Made by a program: the position numbers and the translations under genes
Source: a bacterium
GTDB lineage: Bacteria; Desulfobacterota; Binatia; Binatales; Binataceae
Assembly: GCA_014896235.1 (NCBI GenBank)
Contig: JADBKU010000018.1
Location: 13,986-77,985, forward strand
DNA length: 64,000 nt
Direction: 5' to 3'
The notes under the pieces: model-generated
Database searches by the model: none
Seen by the model: only the letters and a program-made list of their open reading frames with translations
What the model was told of the DNA's origin: nothing
Part shown: positions 9,881 to 18,926 of the stretch, in pieces
How the letters are laid out: every line of letters begins with the position of its first letter
Numbering within the stretch: the stretch's first letter is position 1

Positions 9881-10264
9881 TGGATTTTTTCATGACGCTC
9901 CGCCAGGGAGCGCCCTCCTTTCCGGTCCGGCCGCGCGACAATCGTACAGAAAGGCCTATGCGCATTGTCGGCATACCATAGGGAATTGAGCGCAATCCAC
10001 CCGCGCAATGCCGCGGGTTTGCCGATAGCGCAAAATTGATTCGGTCCTCGTAATGCCGCTGGTTGCAGCCGTCAGGAGTCCGTTTGGGAAGGAATTTATT
10101 GAGGATTTGCGACCATTTTCCGCGCTTGATTTTTTTTTCGGCGCGGCGATGAATAATTCGGCCGAGGCCTCGTCGAATAGTATTGGAAGCGGTAGCCAAG
10201 GCCGCTCCCCGGTTGCAACCTCCTCCCTGCAGTCGGGGCCGTCCGCCGCAAACGGACGGTGAAA

Positions 10265-10312
10265 GGCGGGCGTTAAGGAGACTCCCCCCTCCTTCAACGA
10301 CCCGCCTTTTTT
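10265..10312 (+). terminator. Rho-independent terminator-like structure on the plus strand
   Basis: GGCGGG(10265-70)...CCCGCC(10301-06) outer stem enclosing an AAGGAG/CTCCTT inner hairpin, followed by TTTTTT (10307-12). Preceded by a second hairpin, CCGTCCG-ccgcaaa-CGGACGG (10239-59). Confidence 0.5.
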
Positions 10313-10533
10313 CGCTCTATTCACTTAAACGAATGTTTTTTGCATTATGAAATTCAATTAGCCGCGTCGGCGTAAATCAAAAATCGTAAGAGCCGATCGA
10401 TATCTTCGAGCGTTCGCTCGGCGCGCTCCAGCGGCGCCAATCGGCGCCATTTGGCGCACCGGCCGTCCCGTTGATGACCGCGCGGCGTCCGCCCTTGACA
10501 TGCCGATGAGCCGCCGTCATAGCTTGACGCGCG

Positions 10534-11187
10534 ATGAAATCGTGGCGGCGATGCTTGATTATTGTGCCGGTGCTGGCGGGACTGGCCTCAGCGTTACTTC
10601 TCAGTTGCGGCGGAGGCGGAAGCAGCGGCATAACGCCCACGATCATCCCAACTTCGCTCTTTGCGGTCTTCGTCTGTTCGGGAGCGCCGCCCACGCCGAC
10701 ACCCACGCCAACGCCAACCAAGGGCGCAACCAAAACGCCAACGCCCACGCCGACGCCGCAATGTTCGCCGGTTACGTCCGCGTCGATCTGCATACCGAAT
10801 ACGAACAACGCGTTCTGCCAAACCGCGCCAACGCCGCCTACGTCGCTCCAGTTCAACGCGCAAGGCGCCTTTACCACCCATAATCCCAAAGAGCCGTACA
10901 AATACCGCGACGTTACGAACAGCTCGGCATGGAATCCGTTCCCCGAGAGCGGAGATATCACGGCGCTGCTGAGCTACGTAACGAATGGCGTGTTCGTCGC
11001 GCTGCAGCCGGTCGGTTCCGCGGGATGCGCCTGCTTTAACGTGACCGACGCCGGAATTCCCAGCCAAAGCGTGCTGGTTGGAGTTAACCAGGACGTATCG
11101 AACTGCGCGTTCACCTGTCCACAGATTCCCACGCCCACTCCGAAGGCGAGCGCTTCCGCCACGCAAGATTCGCGCTTTGCGCCTTAG
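10534..11187 (+). CDS. Lipoprotein with Pro-Thr-rich linkers and multiple Cys
   Basis: Signal peptide plus lipobox (LLLSC|GGGG). (PT)n tandem repeats at about 10681-10770. A mirror ORF on the minus strand (GVGVGV...) is a repeat artefact. Confidence 0.5.
   Translation: MKSWRRCLIIVPVLAGLASALLLSCGGGGSSGITPTIIPTSLFAVFVCSGAPPTPTPTPTPTKGATKTPTPTPTPQCSPVTSASICIPNTNNAFCQTAPTPPTSLQFNAQGAFTTHNPKEPYKYRDVTNSSAWNPFPESGDITALLSYVTNGVFVALQPVGSAGCACFNVTDAGIPSQSVLVGVNQDVSNCAFTCPQIPTPTPKASASATQDSRFAP
10681..10770 (+). repeat. Tandem CCNACN (Pro-Thr) coding microrepeat
   Basis: acgccgacacccacgccaacgccaacc...acgccaacgcccacgccgacgccg encodes PTPTPTPTPTK..TPTPTPTP. Confidence 0.6.
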
Positions 11188-11329
11188 ATTGAAGAGCGCA
11201 GGCATCGGAATCGCCGCCTTGGCCAGGTTTGTCATGTCCGCCGTCCGGCAAGGCAAAAAAATGGCGCAACCTGCGGATTTATTGTTAAAAACCGTTGGCG
11301 TCGCGATGCTGTTTCGATTTGACTCCACG

Positions 11330-11343
11330 TATCGCCGCCGATA
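11330..11343. promoter_or_regulatory. Inverted repeat TATCG-N4-CGATA, candidate TetR operator
   Basis: TATCGccgcCGATA lies immediately upstream of the tetR coding start. An imperfect longer palindrome CCGATAGTGTCGG overlaps it. Confidence 0.35.
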
Positions 11344-11364
11344 GTGTCGGCCATTGCGGCAACG

Positions 11365-12057
11365 ATGGAACGGCAAGCCAGGCGCGAGCAGGTATTGCAT
11401 CACGCGAAGCACATCTTCGCGCGCAAGGGATACCATCGCACCAACATCGCCGACATCATTTCGCGGGCGCGGATCGCGCGCGGAACCTTTTATCTCTATT
11501 TTCAGAACAAGCGCGACATTTTCGAAGAGTTGCTGTCGCAAACGCTGCGCGAGCTGCGCGAACGAATTCAGCGCCTGCGGGTTGGCCCCGGCCAGCCGAA
11601 TCCCGCCGAGCAATTGCGCGCCAATTTGCGGCGGGTGCTCGCTTTCGTGCTTGACGAACGCGAATTGACGGACATTCTGCTCAATCATTCGACCGGTTTC
11701 GATCGGGAGCTTGACGAGCAAATTGTGGATTTTTATGAGCGCGTCACGGATCAGATCCAGCGCTCGCTCGATCTCGGCATCGAAATGAACCTGGTGCGGA
11801 AATGCGACACGCGGGCGGTCGCCTATTGCATCCTGGGGGGCATCAAGGAAATCGTCGGCCAACTATCGCGCAACCAGCGCGACGACGTCGCCGTCCTGGC
11901 GGAGGAGATTCTTGATTTCGGGCTGCGCGGCGTCGCTCGTCCGGAGCTGCTCCAGACGGTTGTCAAGGAAGCGGCGGCCGGCGGTTGTCAGGCAAGCGCA
12001 GCCGGCGCGGAGACGACGGCGGAGGCGGGCCATTTTTTTCGTCCGAAATTAGACTGA
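11365..12057 (+). CDS. TetR/AcrR-family transcriptional regulator
   Basis: N-terminal HTH (ARKGYHRTNIADIISRARIARGTFYLYFQNKRDIF). An alternative GTG start at 11344 is possible. Confidence 0.8.
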   Translation: MERQARREQVLHHAKHIFARKGYHRTNIADIISRARIARGTFYLYFQNKRDIFEELLSQTLRELRERIQRLRVGPGQPNPAEQLRANLRRVLAFVLDERELTDILLNHSTGFDRELDEQIVDFYERVTDQIQRSLDLGIEMNLVRKCDTRAVAYCILGGIKEIVGQLSRNQRDDVAVLAEEILDFGLRGVARPELLQTVVKEAAAGGCQASAAGAETTAEAGHFFRPKLD

Positions 12058-12058
12058 C

Positions 12059-12883
12059 ATGTCAGTTCTAAAAGGCGACAGCCGAACGCATGGCCGGCGG
12101 CGCGCCGCCGCGACCGCCAACGGCAAAACGCATCCGCGCCGCGCGCTCGCGTTCTACGACGTTGACGGCACCTTAATCGATTTGAATCTGCTCCACTCGG
12201 CGCTTTTCGTTTTCGGCAATATCGGCGAATGGAGCGGCCGAATCGGCTATCTCGCCAGCTTCGCCGCGAGACTGCCGTCGCTTTATCTCGCTGAACGCCG
12301 CGATCGCTATCTGCTCAATATCGCGCTTTTCGAGGCCTTCAAGGGCGTCTCCCGCGATCGCCTGTTTTCGCTGGGCGAGGAATATTGCGATCGCGTGATG
12401 ATCGGCCATCTCTATCCGCGCGCCGCCGAACTTATTGAAGCGAACCGCGCGGCGGGGCTCGAACCGGTACTGGTGACAGGCTCGCCGGATTTTATCGTCG
12501 CGCCGTTCGCCGAGCGGCTGGGCATCAAGTCGTGGGCCGCGAACCGGCTGGTCTTCAGCCGCGGGCGAGCCACCGGACGCCTGCACGCGCCGGTGATGGC
12601 TGGCGACGCCAAAGCGGAATGGTGCGCGGAATATTGCGCGCGCCACGGAGTCGGACTTGCCGATTGCTGGGGCTACGCGGATTCCCATTACGACCTGCCG
12701 TTTCTGGCCGTGATGGGGCATCCGGTTGCGGTCAATCCCGACCGGCGCCTGGCGGCGATCGCGGCCGCGCGCCAATGGCCGTTGCTTCGTTTCGATAAGG
12801 GGGAACCGCGGCGCACGCTGGGCGGAATCGACCGCGCCGCGGTCGGCGAATGGCTTGAGAGGAAACTTAATGGCGCGGCCTGA
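12059..12883 (+). CDS. HAD-IB family hydrolase (phosphoserine phosphatase-like)
   Basis: FYDVDGTL motif I, VLVTGSPD motif II, GDAKAEW Lys region, YADSHYDLPFL and AVNPD C-terminal motifs typical of HAD-IB. 2 nt after the tetR stop. Confidence 0.7.
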   Translation: MSVLKGDSRTHGRRRAAATANGKTHPRRALAFYDVDGTLIDLNLLHSALFVFGNIGEWSGRIGYLASFAARLPSLYLAERRDRYLLNIALFEAFKGVSRDRLFSLGEEYCDRVMIGHLYPRAAELIEANRAAGLEPVLVTGSPDFIVAPFAERLGIKSWAANRLVFSRGRATGRLHAPVMAGDAKAEWCAEYCARHGVGLADCWGYADSHYDLPFLAVMGHPVAVNPDRRLAAIAAARQWPLLRFDKGEPRRTLGGIDRAAVGEWLERKLNGAA

Positions 12884-14510
12884 AGCGAAACTCAAGGAAC
12901 TTAAGCCGGCGGACCTGAAGCGCGAGGTGGGATCGCGGCGCGATCTAGTGGTGACGCTCAGCCGCCGTTCCGAGCCGCGGCTGATCGCCTACGGCGACGA
13001 GTTTCTGTACGAAAAGCTGCCGGCGGGAACGCGCGTCGTCTATCCCCCGCCGCCGCTCGACGCGCTGCCCGATCCGGACACCGCGATCCGCTACGCCCTG
13101 CTCCATCCGCTCAACGCCGATCCGCTGTTCGCGCAGCTCAATCCTAACATGCGCGTCACCATCGCGATCGACGACATCAGCCTGCCGCTGCCGCCGATGC
13201 GCCGTCCCGATATCCGCGAACGGCTGCTCAACCAGGTGCTGCAAACGCTGGCGGATTACGGCGTCGATGACGTTCATCTGATCGTCGCCACCGCGCTCCA
13301 TCGCCGGATGACCGAAGCGGAAATCCGCCGGATGGTGGGCGAGCGCGCTTTCAAGCAGTTCTGGCCGGAACGGCTCTACAACTTCGACGGCGAGGATCGG
13401 GCGAACCTCACGATGCTCGGCAAGACCGATCATGGCGAGGAGGTGTGGCTGTCGCGACGCGCGGCGGAATCGGATTTGCTGATTTATCTGAATATCAACC
13501 TGGTGCCGATGGACGGCGGGCATAAATCGGTCGCCGTCGGACTCGCGCCCTATCAAAGCCTGCGCCACCATCATAATCCCGCCACGCTTCGCGACAGCCA
13601 CTCATATATGGACCCGACGCGCTCGGCGCTGCATAGTTCGGCGAACCGGATGGGCCGGATAGTCAATCGCGAAGTGAATGTATTTTCGATCGAGACCGCC
13701 GTGAATACCCAGATGTACGGCGGGATGCTCGACTTCCTGCAAAAGAATGAAGATCGCTTCAGCGACTGGGATCGGATGCGGCTCAAGGGCTTCCGCTGGA
13801 CGCTCGGCGGAATGTCGAACGAATTGCGCCGCCAGGTGATGCATCAGTACGCGGCGCCATACGGGATGACGGGGGTGTGGGCGGGCGAGACCGAAACCGT
13901 CCATCGGCAGGCGCTGGCGCGGGTGTTCCAGCAGTACGCGGTTCCGGTAAAGGGACAATCCGACGTGCTGATCGTCGGCGTGCCCTATATCTGTCCCTAC
14001 AACGTCAATTCGATCATGAATCCCGTCCTCGTGCAGTGCACCGGGATGGGCTACCTGTTCAACATGTACCGCAACAAGCCGCTGGTGAAACCCGGCGGCA
14101 CGATGATTATCTGCCATCCGCTGCGCGACGAATTTCATCCTGAGCATCATCCGAGCTACATCGAATTTTTCCATCGATGCCTGGCCGAGACGACCGACTC
14201 GATCGAACTGGAAAAGCGGTTCGAAGCCGAGTTCGCGCGCAACCCGACCTATATCCACATGTACCGTTACGGACACGCCTATCACGGCGTGCATCCGTTC
14301 TACATGTGGTACTGGGGCGAGCCGGCGCGCCAGCACGTGGGGCGGGTGATCGCGGCCGGATGCCAGGAGCCGGAGGTCGCCGCCCGGCTGGGATGGGAGT
14401 CCGCGGACACGCTCGACGAGGCGATTGCGATGGCCACGTCCGAGCATGGACGGTCGGCGACAATTACCTATCTGCACTTGCCGCCGCTGGTGATCGCCGA
14501 TGTCGAATAG
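12870..14510 (+). CDS. LarA-family (lactate racemase-like, DUF2088 N-domain) protein
   Basis: 546 aa. Conserved blocks (VTIAIDDISLPLPP, LIVATALHRRMTEAE, MDGGHKSVAVGL, HHHNPATL) resemble nickel-pincer-dependent LarA-family racemase/epimerases. Overlaps neighbours by 14 and 11 nt. Confidence 0.55.
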   Translation: MARPEAKLKELKPADLKREVGSRRDLVVTLSRRSEPRLIAYGDEFLYEKLPAGTRVVYPPPPLDALPDPDTAIRYALLHPLNADPLFAQLNPNMRVTIAIDDISLPLPPMRRPDIRERLLNQVLQTLADYGVDDVHLIVATALHRRMTEAEIRRMVGERAFKQFWPERLYNFDGEDRANLTMLGKTDHGEEVWLSRRAAESDLLIYLNINLVPMDGGHKSVAVGLAPYQSLRHHHNPATLRDSHSYMDPTRSALHSSANRMGRIVNREVNVFSIETAVNTQMYGGMLDFLQKNEDRFSDWDRMRLKGFRWTLGGMSNELRRQVMHQYAAPYGMTGVWAGETETVHRQALARVFQQYAVPVKGQSDVLIVGVPYICPYNVNSIMNPVLVQCTGMGYLFNMYRNKPLVKPGGTMIICHPLRDEFHPEHHPSYIEFFHRCLAETTDSIELEKRFEAEFARNPTYIHMYRYGHAYHGVHPFYMWYWGEPARQHVGRVIAAGCQEPEVAARLGWESADTLDEAIAMATSEHGRSATITYLHLPPLVIADVE

Positions 14511-17500
14511 GAACGGAGCTTCGTCCGGCGCGGGTCCGCGCCGCAACGGCGCATCCGCGCGCGCGGCGAGCGGCGCGATGCCGCCGCTCGCGGAAATTTT
14601 CGCCGGGCGGGAATTGCTGATTACGGGCGCGACCGGTTTTCTCGGCAAAGTGCTGATCGCGATTCTCCTGCGGCATCATCCCGAGCTCGCCCGGCTGCAT
14701 CTGCTGATTCGCGGCGATCGCAAATCGAGCCATAACCGCTTCCGGCGCGAAATTCTCGAATCGCCCGCGCTCGGCCCCCTGCGCGAACATCTGGGCGCCA
14801 GCTTCGACCGCTATATCGAGGAGCGGGTCGCGATCGTGCCGGGCGACATCGCTGAACCGGGCCTGCTCAGCGACGAAGCGCCGGCGTTCGAGCGCGCGCA
14901 TATCGACGCGGTCATCCATTGCGCCGGCCTGGTGAATTTCGACGCGTCGCTGGCCAAGGCGCTCGAAGTCAACGCCATCGGCGTCGAAAACGTGGTCGCC
15001 TTCTGCTGCGCGCGCGGCGCCGCCCTGCTCCACGTTTCGACCTGTTACGCGGCGGGCGCCGCCGACGGCCATCGCTACGAGGACGACATCCCGATCGACT
15101 GGCGGCCGAACGGCCGCAAGGGCTTCGAGCTCGCGCGCGAAATGCGCGACGCGCGCGCGGAAATCGCGCGCGTCGAGGCGGAAGCTTCCGATCAAGCGCG
15201 AATGGCGCAGTTCCGGATGGCGGTCGAGGCGGAATCCGCCGACGCGGACGACGAGCGCGGCCACGGCGAAAGCGGCGAGCGCGCGATCGACGCGCGGCGC
15301 AAACAATGGATCGAAGAACGCTTGAAGGAAGTGGGCAAGCGGCGCGCGCGGATGTGGGGCTGGCCGAACACCTACAGCTACACCAAGAGCCTCGGCGAAC
15401 AGATTGCGCTCGCGGCGCGCGACCGCATCGCGGTGACGGTGGCGCGGCCGTCGGTGATCGAAAGCGCGCTCGCCGATCCGATTCCCGGATGGAACCAGGG
15501 CGTCAACACCAGCGCGCCCCTGACCTATCTGTCGGGACGCGGCTATCGCTTCTATCCAGCGCGGGGCGACCTGGTGCTCGACGTGATTCCGGTCGATCTC
15601 GCCGCGCACGCGATGGTTCCGATTCTCGGCGCGCTGTTGAGCGGCCGGCACAAGCCGATTTACCAGCTCTGCACGTCGGACGTGAATCCGCTGCCGATGC
15701 GCCGCCTGGTGGAATTGACCGCCCTCGGCAATCGGCGGGAGCATCGCCGGCAGGGCGGGCCGATGGGCAAGCTCGCGCGCCATCTGGAAGCCGTCATCGT
15801 TTCGCATCAGACCTACGAACTGGTCAGCCAGCGGCTGCCGGCGTTGCTGAAGAGCGCGGCGGCGGCGGCGGAATCGGTGATGGGCGATCGTCCGGCGGCG
15901 CGCAAAATCGCCGAGCGGGTCGAACGGCTGGTCGCGGACACGGAACTGGCGCGCTCGCTGGTCGAAGTCTATCTGCCGTATATCCAGGACCTGGTTTATA
16001 CCTTCCACGGGCGCAATATCCGCGAGCTGTACCGGGAACTTAAGCCGGCCGACGCGCGCGCCCATCCGTTCCATCCCGAGCGCATCGATTGGGCCGACTA
16101 CTGGATCAACGTCCATCTGCCGGGATTGCGCCGGCATATTTTCCCGCAGCTCGAATTGCATACGCGGGCGCGGCCGCGCGGCGGTTTCCGCTTCCGCACG
16201 CTGGTCGAGATGCTCGACCGGGCGGCCGAACGCTACGGCGCGCGGCCCGCGCTCGAGGCGCGCCTGCCGTCGGGCCAGCGCGCGGGCATGACCTATCGCG
16301 AACTCCGCGATCGCGCGTATCGGGCGGGCCTGATGCTGGCGTCGCGCGGGGTCGAACCGGGCGATCGCGTTCTGCTGATTGCGGAGAATTCGCCCGAGTG
16401 GGTGATCGCATACTTCGCGATAATTTACGCCGGCGCGATCGCCGTACCGCTGGACCATCTAATTGCGCCGGAAGAACTGGGGCCGATCGCGCGCATCGCC
16501 GAACCGGGCGCCGCGCTGGTTTCCGCCGGATGCGCGAAGCGGCTGGGCGCGGCGATCAGCGCGGCGGCGCCGGGAATCGCCGAGCTAGGACTGGACGAGC
16601 TGAATCGGCCGTTCATTCTCAGCGCGAAAGCGAAGACTCCGCCCGCGCTCGAGCGCAAATCGATCGCGTCGATCGTTTTCACCTCCGGCACCACCGGCGC
16701 GCCCAAGGGCGTGACGCTGACCCACGGCAACTTCACCGCCGAAATTGCGATGCTGGCGCGGGTGTTCACGCTCGGCGCCGACGACGTCGTGCTCTCGCTG
16801 CTGCCGCTGCACCATACCTTCGAGTTCACCTGCGGGATGCTGTTGCCGCTGGCGAGCGGCGCGCGGATCGTTTACCCGCAGGGCGTGGACGCCGCGAGCC
16901 TGTCTCGCACGCTGGCCGACGTGCGGCCGACCGCGCTGGTGGGAGTGCCGGCGCTGTGGGAGGCCGTGCACCGCCGCATCATGGACGAAGTCGAAGCGCG
17001 CGGGCCTTTCGCGCACGCCGCGTTCGAGCGGATGCGCGATCTGAATCGCCGGCTCGACGAAGATTACAACTTCAATCTCGGCACGCTGCTGTTCCGCCCG
17101 GCGCATGCCGCATTAGGCGGACGGCTCAAGCTCGCGGTGAGCGGCGGCGCGGCGCTGCCGCAACGGGTCGCGCGCTTTTTCAACGAAATCGGCATCCGGC
17201 TGCTTGAAGGCTACGGCCTGACCGAATCGGCGCCGGTGCTGAGCGTCGCGCGGCCCGACGAACCGCTGGTTCCAGGGTCGGTCGGCAAGCCGCTGCATAA
17301 CGTCGAGGTCAAATTGGCCATGGCCGAGGGCGGCGTCGGCGAGATTATCGCGCGTGGGCCGAACGTGATGGCGGGCTATTACCGCAATCCCGCGGCGACC
17401 GCCGAAGTGCTGCGCGACGGCTGGCTGCATACGGGCGATCTCGGCCGTTTCGACGAAGACGGACGGCTCTATATCGTCGGCCGGGCGAAGGACGTAATCG

Positions 17501-18909
17501 TCGATTCGGGCGGCAACAATATCTACATCGACGAGCTTGAAGAGGCGTACGGCCACTCGCCGTTCCTGAAAGAGCTGGCCGTGGTCGGATTGCGCGCCGG
17601 CCAGGGCGAGCAGGTCGCGGCGCTGGCCGTTCCGGCCTACGCGCGCGGCGAAAGCCGGCGCGCCGTCGAGGACAAGCTGCGCGCGCATTTCGAAAAAGTC
17701 GGCGCGGCGCTCAGTCCGCACAAGCGCATCCGCATCCTGCGCTTCACCGACGCCGAGCTGCCGCGCACGCGCACGCGCAAGGTGCGGCGCGCCGAGGTCG
17801 CGGCGATGCTGCGCCGGATGGTGGACAGCGACGAGCGCGAGCGCGGCGCCGTCAGCGCGGAGGTCGAACCGTGGCTGGCGCAGGCGCTGGCGCAGGTCGC
17901 GAGCGGCGGCGCGGAAATCACGCCGGCGACGCGGCTGATCGAAGACCTCGGATTGGATTCGCTGGCGCTGGCCGAACTGGCGGAGCATATCGCCGTCAAA
18001 TCGGGCCGCGAGCTCAGCGCGGAGGAGCTTTCGAACGTCGCGACCGTCGCGGAGTTGCAGCGAATCGCGGGCGAAGCCGGCAATCGCCCGAAGCTGCCGT
18101 CATATGCGCGCTTCGCGAAACCGTACACAATCGAACTGCCGGCGCCGTTGCGGCGGCTGGGCGAGGCGGCGCTCCGGCGATCATTCGACGCGGCGGTCGA
18201 CCGCTGGCTGAAGCCGCTCGTGATGGGCGCCGGGAATATTCCGGCGAACCGCAACGTGCTGGTCGTGGCGAACCATTCGAGCCATCTCGATTTCGCGCTC
18301 GTCGGCCACGCGTTGGGAGCGATGGGCCGCAACCTGGTGGTGCTCGCGGCCAAGGATTATTTCTTCAACACGCCGGCGCGGCGAACGCTCGCGGCGAACT
18401 TCACGCGGCTGATCCCGTTCGACCGCGAACGCGCACAGCTCGAATCGCTCGACGAGGCGCTGGCGGAACTGGCGGCAGGCCGCAGCGTGCTGATGTTTCC
18501 CGAAGGCACGCGCTCGCCCGACGGCCTGATCCACGAGTTCAAGAGCGGCGCGGGCTACCTTGCGTTGCATAGCGGATGCGACGTGCTGCCGATCCGAATC
18601 GACGGCACGCATGAGGTGCTCGGCAAGGGCCAGCTTCTGCCGCGGCGCCATCCGGTGGAAATTCGCATCGGGCGGCCGATCGGAGCGGAGGAACTGCGCG
18701 GCCTCGCCCGCGACGGCGAAAGCGCGGGCGCGTATCGCAAGCTCGCCGAGCGGATGCGCGACGCAGTCGTCGGCCTCGGCGCGCGCCCGGCGAAGCGCAT
18801 CAAACCTTTGGCGGCGATCGCCGGGCCTTCCAGCGACGCGGCGGAAATAGCCGCCGCGCCCGGCGAACGCGCCCGCGGCCGTCGTCCGGCGCGCCACGCG
18901 AAAGGTTGA
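14500..18909 (+). CDS. Four-domain lipid megaenzyme: fatty acyl-CoA/ACP reductase (NAD-binding, male-sterility type), AMP-dependent acyl ligase, acyl carrier protein, 1-acylglycerol-3-phosphate acyltransferase (ElbD-like)
   Basis: aa about 35-500: LLITGATGFLGKVL plus YSYTK (YxxxK), the thioester-reductase/FAR fold. aa about 560-1080: AMP-binding (FTSGTTGAPKG, GYGLTES, YRTGDLGRFDEDGRLYIVGRAKD). aa about 1110-1190: PP-binding (DLGLDSLALAEL). aa about 1230-1400: LPLAT (NHSSHLD giving HX4D, FPEGTRS). 1469 aa. Confidence 0.8.
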   Translation: MSNRNGASSGAGPRRNGASARAASGAMPPLAEIFAGRELLITGATGFLGKVLIAILLRHHPELARLHLLIRGDRKSSHNRFRREILESPALGPLREHLGASFDRYIEERVAIVPGDIAEPGLLSDEAPAFERAHIDAVIHCAGLVNFDASLAKALEVNAIGVENVVAFCCARGAALLHVSTCYAAGAADGHRYEDDIPIDWRPNGRKGFELAREMRDARAEIARVEAEASDQARMAQFRMAVEAESADADDERGHGESGERAIDARRKQWIEERLKEVGKRRARMWGWPNTYSYTKSLGEQIALAARDRIAVTVARPSVIESALADPIPGWNQGVNTSAPLTYLSGRGYRFYPARGDLVLDVIPVDLAAHAMVPILGALLSGRHKPIYQLCTSDVNPLPMRRLVELTALGNRREHRRQGGPMGKLARHLEAVIVSHQTYELVSQRLPALLKSAAAAAESVMGDRPAARKIAERVERLVADTELARSLVEVYLPYIQDLVYTFHGRNIRELYRELKPADARAHPFHPERIDWADYWINVHLPGLRRHIFPQLELHTRARPRGGFRFRTLVEMLDRAAERYGARPALEARLPSGQRAGMTYRELRDRAYRAGLMLASRGVEPGDRVLLIAENSPEWVIAYFAIIYAGAIAVPLDHLIAPEELGPIARIAEPGAALVSAGCAKRLGAAISAAAPGIAELGLDELNRPFILSAKAKTPPALERKSIASIVFTSGTTGAPKGVTLTHGNFTAEIAMLARVFTLGADDVVLSLLPLHHTFEFTCGMLLPLASGARIVYPQGVDAASLSRTLADVRPTALVGVPALWEAVHRRIMDEVEARGPFAHAAFERMRDLNRRLDEDYNFNLGTLLFRPAHAALGGRLKLAVSGGAALPQRVARFFNEIGIRLLEGYGLTESAPVLSVARPDEPLVPGSVGKPLHNVEVKLAMAEGGVGEIIARGPNVMAGYYRNPAATAEVLRDGWLHTGDLGRFDEDGRLYIVGRAKDVIVDSGGNNIYIDELEEAYGHSPFLKELAVVGLRAGQGEQVAALAVPAYARGESRRAVEDKLRAHFEKVGAALSPHKRIRILRFTDAELPRTRTRKVRRAEVAAMLRRMVDSDERERGAVSAEVEPWLAQALAQVASGGAEITPATRLIEDLGLDSLALAELAEHIAVKSGRELSAEELSNVATVAELQRIAGEAGNRPKLPSYARFAKPYTIELPAPLRRLGEAALRRSFDAAVDRWLKPLVMGAGNIPANRNVLVVANHSSHLDFALVGHALGAMGRNLVVLAAKDYFFNTPARRTLAANFTRLIPFDRERAQLESLDEALAELAAGRSVLMFPEGTRSPDGLIHEFKSGAGYLALHSGCDVLPIRIDGTHEVLGKGQLLPRRHPVEIRIGRPIGAEELRGLARDGESAGAYRKLAERMRDAVVGLGARPAKRIKPLAAIAGPSSDAAEIAAAPGERARGRRPARHAKG

Positions 18910-18926
18910 GCGGCGCACGGCGCATC

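Noticed and set aside
10180-10230. GGAAGCGGTAGCCAAGGC stretch resembling SRP (4.5S) RNA domain IV
   Set aside because: Flanking sequence cannot form the conserved helix-8 with a GNRA tetraloop and symmetric/asymmetric loops. Kept only as a note inside the ncRNA-candidate finding.
10594-11862. 422-aa minus-strand ORF
   Set aside because: Antisense to the tetR gene and the lipoprotein gene. The plus-strand genes have clear HTH and signal-peptide features and this frame does not.
14464-18353. Multiple long ORFs (664, 374, 372, 291, 238 aa) overlapping the 1469-aa megaenzyme gene
   Set aside because: Alternate or antisense frames. Only the 14500..18909 frame contains the ordered catalytic motifs.
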